DNA of 64,000 bases from Monocercomonoides exilis PA203 (lineage: Eukaryota; Protista; Preaxostyla): the NCBI GenBank assembly GCA_001643675.2, contig LSRY02000005.1:1054001-1118000 (forward strand). The letters are read 5' to 3'. Under the pieces are notes generated by a model, which worked only from the letters and a program-made list of their open reading frames with translations, had not been told where the DNA came from and did no database searches. Shown here piece by piece: positions 1 to 10,800 of this stretch (its first letter is position 1; each line of letters begins with the position of its first letter). A program made the translations under genes and the position numbers.

Positions 1-2
1 CT

Positions 3-1076
3 GGTGCTGGTGGAAGAGGGAAAGCAAGCGACAGAGCTGGCGAATCTGGAGGCAAAGGAGGCCTTATGAAAAGTGGGATCGGCGGGATTTCTGAGCTTCG
101 TGGGCTGACGCAGAATTTGACAGACCCAAATGCTGATGTACCGTATAACTCACCAGATGGGCGGATATCAGGGCCTGCGATATCGTCACCTTCACATCGC
201 ACACTGCCTTCTTCTTCCTCCTCCTCCTCCTCCTCATCTCCTTCGTTAGGCACAGGCGCTTCATCTGCTTCTACCCTGATCACTCCGACTTCGCCGCCTC
301 CGTCGCATCTTTCGCCAACTCAACTATCTTCACTGTCGTCGTCTTCATCTCGACAATCTGCAATTTCAACACCAACATCTCATCATTCACAGACACGAAC
401 ACATTTGTCTCAATCTTCTTCCTCTTCCTCCTCTTCCACATCTCCATCATCATCTTCTTCACAATCATCACTGTCATTATCCTCATCAACTTCTTCCTCC
501 TCTTCTTCATCGCTCACTCGTTCTTTGACGCCTTTGTCATCTCCATCTGGCTCGCCTATCAACACGCCAGTTCGATCACCTTTCCATTCGCCGTCTTCTG
601 TCTTGTCTTCGCTGCCAACGATATCAACTGCAGCGTCTCCATCATCCCTATACTCTTCTAAACTGACTCATGCTTCTTCTTCCCCTGCCTATTATTCAAC
701 ATCATCTTCTTCCTCATCTTCCTCCTCCTCCTCCTCTTCTTCTTCTTCTTCTTCCACACGCACACCACAGTCAACCTCCTCATTCCGTTCCGGAACGTCT
801 CGCACAGCGGCATCTGCAACCGCATCTTCTGCCGCATCTCTTTCGTCGCTGACTGCTTCTGTTCGCAGAACTTCCCTCACTCCGCCTTCATCACTCAGAG
901 GCGCCTCTTCAACACCATCGCAATCATCTTCGTTGTCTGCATCTACACTGTGTGTATCGTCTCCTCCGCTTTCTGCAATGACTTCGAGCTTTGGCTCTTC
1001 AACTGTTGTTCCTTCATCTCGTTTGACTGTTGGAGGGAGGAAAGATGACAGCGACCGTAGCAGAAGGAAAGTTTGA
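3..1076 (+). CDS. 3' end of a gene truncated by the window edge; Ser/Pro-rich low-complexity C-terminus
   Basis: Frame is open from position 3 (GAGGRGKASDRAGESGGKGGL) through the ORF-track ATG at 66 to TGA at 1074-1076. It has poly-Ser tracts and is followed by AT-rich 3' sequence. Confidence 0.7.
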   Translation, partial: GAGGRGKASDRAGESGGKGGLMKSGIGGISELRGLTQNLTDPNADVPYNSPDGRISGPAISSPSHRTLPSSSSSSSSSSPSLGTGASSASTLITPTSPPPSHLSPTQLSSLSSSSSRQSAISTPTSHHSQTRTHLSQSSSSSSSSTSPSSSSSQSSLSLSSSTSSSSSSSLTRSLTPLSSPSGSPINTPVRSPFHSPSSVLSSLPTISTAASPSSLYSSKLTHASSSPAYYSTSSSSSSSSSSSSSSSSSSTRTPQSTSSFRSGTSRTAASATASSAASLSSLTASVRRTSLTPPSSLRGASSTPSQSSSLSASTLCVSSPPLSAMTSSFGSSTVVPSSRLTVGGRKDDSDRSRRKV

Positions 1077-1621
1077 CATGACTTATTCTTGAATACAAGA
1101 ATATATACATAGTTGTGAGCGTTCACATAAGTAATTGTTTTCTATTTCGGTTTAGCTGCTTTTTTTAAGTAACTTTTTGTTTCTTCTTGCAAGAGTTGGG
1201 GCTTTTATGAAATGTTTATTATATCGTCTCTTCATCATATATGTTTTGTTCGTCCAGATTGTTTTGATTATATGTTATATGTTTTATTCAGTAGCAAATG
1301 AAATCTTTGCTTTCTATTTTAGATGCTTTTTTTTCATTTGCTGACTTTTCAGACAAAATAATTTGCATGAAATAAAAAAATTCATCTCACATTTCATTAA
1401 GAAATTTCGTTGTTTAATAATGAAGTGCAAAATCGTTTGTGAGTAAGTTATTTTATTTTATTTTTTCTCCCATCATTAACGTTAACAACAATTGCAAAGA
1501 TTTATATGTGATAAAATTTTTGAATTGTCTTTAAAAACAATTCACATTCCTTTTGCATTTCAACGAATGTGCTTCCCTTTTTTACATTCCAAAAAGCATG
1601 CAAAGAGCATTTGTGCAAAAA

Positions 1622-2198
1622 CTAACATTTTCGAAGGGCATCACGCTGCTGTTGTGGAGTCAAACTTGCTCCATTATTTCTGCATTCTCTTGGAACAAAG
1701 CTGTTTCTGCGACTTGTTCCACTCGAAGGTGCTGTTTGCGAAGATGTCTGTTTGGTAGAGGATTCGCAAGGTGAAGCTGCTTTTGAATTTCCAGGTTTTT
1801 GACAATTTGATTTCGCCATTTCATTTTCTTTTGCACAAGGATCAGCTGGCTTACCAAAAGGGCCTGCCATAGGGGGGATAGAAAATGGCTGAGGCTTTGT
1901 ATCAAAAGCAGCCTTGGAAGGAGTTCCTTCGCTTCCAAAAATTGATGAAGGATTACCCAAATTTCCACCACAAAGACTTCCAATGTCATACTCAGCCAAT
2001 GGCGCAAGACCTGGTCTTTCTCTAATTTTACCATCAAGATCAGGAATTGTAGCGAGTCCACTTCCCCCAAGGCTACTTGGTATACATTTCTTTAACAAGC
2101 AGACGCATTTTTCAAAGATAATAGAAATAAAGACATGAAAGGAATTTTCATACTGCAACTGAAACTATCCCAAGAAAAAGAGAAAATAAAGTTATCAT
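1622..2198 (-). CDS. Small putative secreted protein (signal-peptide exon + Gly/Pro/Ser/Cys-rich exon); 3' end uncertain
   Basis: ATG at 2198 gives MITLFSLFLGIVSVA, then a GTATGA...TTAAAG intron joins in phase 0 to KCIPSSLGG of ORF 1622-2158. The end is either the TAG at 1622-1624 or another intron (GTTAGT). Confidence 0.5.
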
Positions 2199-2427
2199 TT
2201 ATCAAGCGATATTTGACAAAATGTTTTTAGAGTATAAAGTGCGAAGCCTTTAACATTCATCATTTCTATTAATAATGGGTAACTATTGAAATGAAGTTTA
2301 TATGTTCATATTTTTTCTTAATGAGCTATAATATCATTTCATCAATAATGAAAACAAATCCAAAAGAATGAATTTATTATGGTTAAAAAGGACTTTTCCT
2401 TTTGTGAAATAACATTTCAAAATTTGC

Positions 2428-4123
2428 ATGGCGATTCCAAATGGAAATGACTTATTGCACACGCAATGCCAAAAAGCTGCAAGATTATTGGCCAATGCAA
2501 AACGGTTTTTTTATTATTTGTTTTGAATTCTAATTGATTTGTTATTAAACTCAGCGTACTTGTCTTTTCTGGTGCTGGAATGTCGGCAGAATCTGTTTGC
2601 AAAAAATAAAGTTACATCATTCTCTTCATGTGCATTTTTATTTTGCTTATGATAGGGAATTAACACGTTTCGAGATCCTGATATGGGGTTGTGGAAAAAT
2701 AAAATAGCTCTTGTTTGATTGAAATTTTTTGGTTATTCCATTAACTTTTAATTATTCTTGTCAAAATATCAGGCTGCTTTTGGTTTGAGCTCAATAGTTA
2801 AATGTATCATTATCATTTTTTAAATAGGCACACCTTTTGGATGGAAATGGTTTGGCAATTTGGCTTGGAGGCTGTACAACAGTAAGTTCAGAGGGCCTAT
2901 TGCGAAAGCGCAACCAAATAATGGTCATTTTGCCATTGCAGAATTGGAACGAATGTATGAAATATTTTTTTTTTTTGAGGGTTAAATGAAAATTCTTGAA
3001 GATGTTCAATACGGCATGTGCCTTTTCGAATTTCGACACAAAATGTTGATAATCTGCATCAACGAGCAGGCTCTACACAAGTACATATTGATGGTTATCT
3101 GATTCAATTTATTCAATCTTCAATTTCAATGATATTTTGAAAATCAGAACTTCATGGAACAGTATATTCACACAGATGCACAAAAAATTCTCATGAAGTT
3201 ATTGTTAACGAAGAATTTTTCCGTGAGGGAGTAAAGAAATCACCTGTTTGCACAGTGGCTAATTGTAAGAGTTTGGTAAGACCAAATGCTGTTTTATTTG
3301 GAGGTATGCGAAATCATGACGGAAGTCAAATTAAAGAAAAAGAAAGAAGAGCGATAAAAAAATTGCATCATAAAGAATTATGACAATTTATCATAGATGA
3401 ACTTCTATTTTGAAATAGCTTGCTCACCTTTTGTGTTACATATGTAATAAACATTTGTTCTTGTGAATGTTTTGCTTAACAGAGGATCTTCCTGATGGAG
3501 TCTGGGAGCGATCAGCCAAATTTGCCAATGCAATGAATAAGGACGATGTGTGCCTTGTCATTGGATGCTCTGGCGCTGTCTATCCTGCAGCCCAGATTCC
3601 TGAAATTGCAAAGAGGTGTGCGGATGAACAATGAAGAGAAAATAGTTTTTGATTTATGAAAAATGGAGTATTTTTTTATTCTCTCACAAAAGCTTTTATT
3701 TTATAAATTTTTATTTTTGAAAAAATTTTCATTTCTTTCTCTTTCTCTTTCTCTTTCTCTTTCTCTTTCTCTTTCTCTTTCTCTTTCTCTTTCTCTCACA
3801 AAAAAAATAGTCGCAGAGCAAAATTAATCGAATTCAACATATCAGAATCAAGCTTAACTTCTTTATCTGATTTATTCATCAAAGCTCCAAGTGGCGTATC
3901 ACTCAGACTGACAATACAAAATCTTCTGCAAATACTTTCTGAAGAACCTGAGATGGAAGGTTATACACCTTCGCCTCAAATGTTAAGCAATCCTGCTACG
4001 AATCAAACCCTAGAGTTGCCATCAACAACATCATCATCATCCTCTTCAACTCCTTCCTCTTCTTCCTCCTCCCCTTCCTCATCATCATCATCCTCTTCTT
4101 CCTCTTCTTCCTCTTCTTCCTCT

Positions 4124-4158
<35 letters not shown>

Positions 4159-4324
4159 TTCTTCCTCTTCCTCTTCAACACCTGAATCCGGATCAGTCGA
4201 ATCATCTCGTGCATCTGAGTTACCTTCAACATCAACAATGTCTCAAGTTAGCAGCGCAACGCCACATTCTTCTGAAAATGAAGATGCAGAAAAAATCAAA
4301 GATGAGGACTTATCTTCTTCCTAA
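2428..4324 (+). CDS. Sir2-family NAD-dependent protein deacylase (sirtuin, CobB/SIRT5-like), 9 exons, poly-Ser C-terminal tail
   Basis: Spliced exons 2428-2504, 2555-2594, 2656-2712, 2773-2782, 2828-2954, 3002-3093, 3148-3303, 3483-3615 and 3811-4324 all have GT-AG ends and consistent phase. Motifs: SGAGMSAESGINTFRD, AQPNNGH, STQNVDNLHQRAG, ELHG, RPNAVLFGE, VIGCSGAVYPAA, IEFN. Confidence 0.93.
3737..3796 (+). repeat. (CTCTTT)n microsatellite in the last sirtuin intron
   Basis: About 9-10 tandem hexamers, read directly. Confidence 0.9.
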
Positions 4325-4811
4325 ATATATCAAAAGGAAAATGATAAAGAAGGGTTATTAATTGAGAAAGAAATCAGCAGCAAATTAATATAAAGCTTCA
4401 AATTTCGTTGCATACAACATTATGTTTGATATTATTTGAAAATAATTAGAGAAAAATTAATTTTTCATTTTTCTTTCAATTTCAAAATGATTAATTTTTA
4501 TTTTGTTAGCTGGGAAATATTATCCTCTACTCCTTCCCACGAGCTTTTTGCGTTATTTCTGATGTTTAATGTTTAATTCCTTTTTTTTTCCCCAAAGTTT
4601 GAGAATTACTTTTTTGATTTTTTAAATCAACATAACGTTGTTGAAAGAAAAATTTTCTTCTTTTAAATGACGATGTGGATAATTCAATAACGAAGATATG
4701 AAGCAATGAAGTGATAATTTGACATGCTGAAGTGGAAAGGTTAAATAAAATCATATTAATATTAAGTGTTGTGAGGTGTTGCTTGTGAGAAGTGATAAAC
4801 AATTGTGCAAC

Positions 4812-7800
4812 TTATTTTTGGTGAATTGACATGAAATACAGGCAATCTGTTGCAGAGCCTACAAACATCCGATTCTTCTCTCCGCAAAACGAGCTGGTTT
4901 TGATGCCGCTCGGAAACGTTGCGTCTGAGCCCATCTCAAACGATGTAACAGTTCTAACGCGCTTTTGACAATCTTCTTCCTTTCTGTTTTCTTCATCGTC
5001 TGCAATATCTCTGCTATCATTCTTTTCACTCGAATTCGTCTTTATGCAAATGACTCTTTCAGACTGGTTCCAAACACTAACCCGTCCGGAATACTCTGCA
5101 ATCAGAAAGAGCGCATTACGTGATTGCATATTAAATTTGTCCACAGCCTGCTCGTTTTGCTTCGGTTGCAAACTGTCAACCACAACGGAATCAATTGAAC
5201 AGATGTATGACGATGCCATATCGGATATTATCTGTGTAACTGAAGCGGTTTCACAATCCCACACGACTATTCTGCCATCGTCAAGTCCAGAAAATAGAAG
5301 AGGCGGAGCAGAAATCGAAGGTGCATCAAGTGAAGTTCGAGAAAGCGCTATTGACCCCGAGGGGATTGCAAATCGTCTGACGTATTGAGGGATAGGTGGA
5401 GGAGGACGCATAAGTGTTTGTGATGAAGCAACAAGAATAGATGCATACGATGGAGATACAAACGCTGCCATGCCTTCTTGTTCTAACGGGCGTCCCATTG
5501 CTTCTTCCATCATTGCCTCTTCTTGTTTTTTCTGCAAAAGTCTTCTTCTTTTTCGCTCTTCCGCAAGTTCTCTTTCTCCATTCAGTGAATGAGTGAAACA
5601 TAGAGAAGTTACGTGCGACCCTTTCAAAGCATCAGATCCGAGGCAAACACCTTCTCGAAGCTTCAAACGGAATTGCGTGTGCTCCTCAATCACATCAATC
5701 AGCTCTTGTTTTGTTACAACTTCAGACAAGCGGCTTAGGATTTCATCATTATCTAAATGTGCCAAGCTCAGTGGGCCATACTCGCCTGACTCTTTTTCTT
5801 CAGATCTCATTCTGTCTTTATCAAAGAAAAGGTCCATTTTCTGCTGTTGAACTTCTTGAATTCTTCTCATTTCTCTGTAATGTGCACGAGTTGCAACCTG
5901 AATTGAGCTCATAGTGGTCAAAGATCTCCAGACAGCTTCCCAATCAGTCTCCCACTCAACATCCCAGAAATCAACTCCTTCTTCACCACCTGTACAGAAT
6001 GCAACTGACGGAACATTGCTTGGTGAAGAAGCACCTGAAGATAACGAAGATGGCATTCCACTGAAAACTTCGTCAGAGTTATCGCATTTGTTGAAGATAG
6101 TCTTTTCTTGTGGAGGTTGGAAAATAATAGAATTAGTTGTGTGAGGAGCATATGACACAGAGAGCAGTCGCAGAAGCGGTCGAGAAAGAGATCTTGCATC
6201 GTCCAACGAAGCGTTTGGATTTATTGGAACGGGATGATATGCCAAATCGCTAATCCTCAAAAGCCATAGCGAGACTTGCCTTTCTTCGTTGTCACTCACA
6301 GAAACGGCAAAAAGACAAGGAGGAAGCGAATAAGAAGGCTTAACAGATTGCGACTCTTCAGAAGACCAAGAAGAACTTTGCAAAGCGCTGCCCCTCTTTC
6401 CAATCGGAGATAATATTCGCTCGAACAAACTGGCTATTCTCTTTGAGGGATTAAATGGGATTGATGTTATCGAAGACAGCGCAATGCATCGGATACCCGT
6501 CCTATGCGCACGAACAGTACAAGCAAGCGCAATGAACGGCTCTCTCGAGTCGTTTTCCTCTGCTTCATTCTCTGCTGAGTACAGGTCGTCTTCTACACTT
6601 TGCATCAATGATGATCGACTCATCTCTGTTGAGCAAATTGATAATTCGTCAGAATGAGGAGGAGGTGTGGATGAACGAGGCATTTCACTTGCAGATGTTT
6701 GCGTTTGATGCATATCATCAGTATGAGGATGTTTCAAAGACTTCTGATAATCAGGAATTCTGGAACCTATTCTTTTGGAATCTGTAAAACTTGTTTGATC
6801 TCCAAATAAAGTTTGCCAATCAGTTTGTTCATCGTTTAATTCTTCGATTGGACGCGAATAAATCCAAACAGAAAGCGTGGAAAAGCCGCCATTTTCAGCT
6901 TCTGGCATCTCCCCCCCAGTCACAATGATCGTATGTGCGCTTCTCTTCTTTAAAAGACCTCTGCGCTTATTAAATTCATTCAAAATGTTGTTGTTGCTGT
7001 CATTCAAGCTCAGCACATCTTTCACGTTGAACTGATCGTCGAAAGGCGAACCAGCGCTTTTGGGGTTCGGAAACACTGCAATTGAAGACAACCTCACTGT
7101 TCGTGCAAGCAATGCAGCTGTGTTCAGCAATGCAGGTCCTCCAGATGCTGGACGTTGGATCCCTTCAAGTGAATCTGCTCGGTCTCCATTCGAATACCAG
7201 AATGAGCTTGGTTGCGTGGCTGGCAATTCTTCAGGCTCCAAACAGCGCCCAGGTTCCTTCACACAGTCAGGAATGAATGCTGTCGAATGGATCTGAACAT
7301 TGTAGCTTCCACTGCTAACTCCCACATTCTGAGGAAACTGATTGCTTCTCAGCTGCCATCTTTCTCTGCTTTCCGCTGAACCAAATTCTGGTGCTTTCTG
7401 CCTTTTCAATACATTCTGTATTCCCTTTAGCACTTCTCCTCTCATTTTGCTGGCACCAGGGCGCATCCACGAACGTGTTGGCAAGCAATAAGCCTTCTTT
7501 GAGTGATCATACACAGCCGGGAACGTTCCCTTTCCTGCAGCAAACACACACCGCTCTCCATTTATCCACACAGGCGATGCAGTGGGTGTGGAAGGTACAA
7601 GAGGATACCCAGGAATCGACGGAAGAGAGGAAGTTGGAGAAGCACTCGTTGCTGTTTCGTCTCGATAACTTGCTGTCGATGGAGGCGGAGGCAATTGCGA
7701 CGGAGATCTGATCACTCCAACACGGCGAGGCTGCGATTGCTGCGAAGAAGTTGTGCTTTTTGCGCTCCGTGGGCGAGCTGAAGGCAACGATACAGACTTC

Positions 7801-10800
7801 GTTGACTGTGCAATTGCTGATGCTGTTACTGCATGAGAATGCTTTTGACGAGATGCAAAAGCAACTGGAGCGTACAACGTTGATTCTGATGATTCACCTC
7901 CTTCTGCTTGCTTTTTGTGATTCGCAGAACTTGATGTTTTCTTTTTTATCTCAGTTTTTTTGGCAATGTGAACAGAAGGATGTGGCTTAGTTTTCTTTAT
8001 TTTGCTAGAATTCGTCTTTTGATGCTTCATAACCTGCAAATCAGCATCGTCATCCCAGGCAGAAATCTCTCCTTTATCTGCTTTGCTTACATCGTATCTG
8101 TCATCTTCATCTTCAAAGCTATCAATTTTTTCTTGATTTGAAGCATCTGGCACCATTTCTTCTGCTTCTTCACTGTCAGAAGATTGAAGATTCTCATCTT
8201 TTAACCCTTTTCCACATCGCATTTGATTTTCACTTGGTTGCTCTCTTTCATATTGCGGCTCGTTTTCTTCATCAGCTTCTTCTGATTCACTGCCATGCGG
8301 ATCGCTTTCAACATTCCACAGCATCTCTTCCTCCAGTTTTTTGCCTTGTTTGTCCAATTCTGCTGCCGCTGCTTTGATTTCTGCTTCCAAATGCCCAGCA
8401 GTCAAAGAATCAGCAGGCAGCGGTGGAGGCGGAGGAGAATGCGGATGCGGAGTTGGAAGCGTGTCACTCGAAGAAACAGCAGGAATTGTTTCATCCAACA
8501 TCGCTTCATCTGAGCTTGCTTGCGCAGCCGGATTCATCACCTCCGGGCGCAGCTGTTCTTTGTCATTTGGAAGCTCGTCTTTGCCCACAGAAAATTCAGC
8601 CATTCTTTGCTCATCAAACTGCATGTCGTCTTGCAGCTCTGTCAACAACTCGTCCTCTTCATCCATTTCATACGCGCTCTTTTTTGCGGGCAAAAACCCT
8701 TCTTCAAAGCTTTTCTGCTCTTCTCCTTCGAAATCCGCTGCTTTCTCTCCGCCCATCCGCTTCCTCAGCTGAATCACCTCTTTTTCCTCGTTTGCCCACT
8801 TCACCCGCTCTCCCAGCATAGCCGTCCTCTCGTTATCGAGAATCTCCAGCTTCTGCTTCAGTTTTTCCTGCGCATCATGCGGCTTCAGCTCATCTGCCAC
8901 GCACCACACGTTGATCTCTCCTCCAGAGCCAGCTGTGATCAGCCGATTCCCGTCGGTTGTGAACGCCGCGGCTGTCACAATTCCATAATGCCCAGGAAAT
9001 GACTGCGGAACTCTGTCAAGTGGAGAGTCACCTGATGATGAGCCAGTTTGAGTTGGCTGTGTTAGCAGCGAAAAAGCAGGACTTATGGAAGAAAGAGGAG
9101 CAATCTGCACATACGTGTTTGGGATGATAACTGATCCTACTGTAACCTGACTGCCTCTTTCAGACTGGTCAGAATCAGCCGAATCATAAAGAAGATCAGA
9201 AGGAGATTGAGAAAGCTTTGGTGCATCTTCTCCGCTTGCTAGTTGCTTGCAGCCGTCAGCAAGCTGGTCAACTGCAGGGGTGGCAGGTTCTGTTCCAGGC
9301 ATCACATTCGACGGCAATCCTGTTGCAAGCGACGAAGGCGGAGGAGAAATATCAGCTGCAGCTGAGGAAACAGCTGAGGTGGAGCCTCGCTCATTTCCGT
9401 GAACAGGCACAACTGCAGCCTCAACAACACCGCTGCACAAATACTTTCCGCCTGGGCGAACACACATCGTTGTGACACCATTAAACTTCTGCCCCATCTT
9501 TTCGCCTTCGATTGAAAACGTAGCCACTCGTTTGTTTGTGCCAATGAGCAAAAAATTAGATGGAGACTCGTCAAACGCTACGCATACTGCTTTTTCTTCG
9601 CACGCTTCATCAAAATCTGCTTGCTCCGCTTTTTTCTGGTCGCTTCTCGCTTTTCTGTCTACCACACTCATCACTTTTGTCAAACGTTGTGTTGGCAGCG
9701 TTCGCTTTTTTTGCTCCTCTTCTACAGCTCTCTTTTCATCGCTGCTTGATCGAAGAGCGGCAGATGATCCAACGCTTCCTCTGAGCATTCGGGCTGAAAC
9801 AACGGACGCACCAGACGCAATCAGCGCATCGATGTTAGACGACGAGCCTCGCTTTGAAAGCGATTCGCGTGTGCTATCTTTTCCCTTTAATCCAACTTTC
9901 ACTCTTTGCTTTTCACCAGCACTGCTCGTTCTGAGCGAAGAGCTGGCAGATACTGAATTAGACTGCTTCTCCTTTGATTCTCTGTCGGTGGTCTCCACTT
10001 CTTCATCGAGAAGCGAAGGGCGCCCGACGTCAAACACCGGGTCACACACCCGAATGGCATTCACAAGCTGTAGGTTTTTCAGCGAGATAAGGAAAACGCG
10101 CGTCGGGTCAGCCGAAATAGACGCCAGCCAGTTGTTGTCCACTGACACTGAAAGAGAAGGGTGCTGCTGGGAACACGCGCTCTCGATTATTCTGACCTGC
10201 TTTGTGAACAGCGTTGTCTGCGTTGACTCCAGTACAAGAAGGTTTCCTGTCATCAGCGCGGCAAATAAGAATCGTCCTACTCGGTCAAACAAAAGTTTCA
10301 TGATTGTCGTCATCACTGAGCAGCACTTTCCAATCGTCGTTTGAAGTGCAGTGTCGTGAAGAATGATGGTCCCGCTGCGGAACCCGATCGCTAACAGCTG
10401 GCTTCCTCGTCTGTCAACATGCTGCTGAGATGTTATTTGCTCTTGGCCTGTTGAAGTGAAAGCGCTGCCAGAGGCTGATGAAGATTGTTGTGTCGATTGG
10501 GGCTGTGAAGGAAGCAGAGAAGTCTGAACAAATGGCATCAGTGGGCCTGCGGTGGTTGTTGTGGTGGAAGGCGTGGCTGACAGAGCAGAAGGTCCAAGCG
10601 GGCAGAATGCGACAGAATGAGGAATATCGTCCGCCCATCTGCCTTCAAACACTTCGGGGCATCCTCCCATCCCGATAGCTCGACCTTTCACTCGTTCATT
10701 TTCTGCGCTATTATCTCCGTTTTCTAGCTCCTCATTTCTCCCTTTGTTTCTGTATTTGCCGTTCCACAGCGCTCCTCTTGCGCAAAGCATCGTATCCCAA

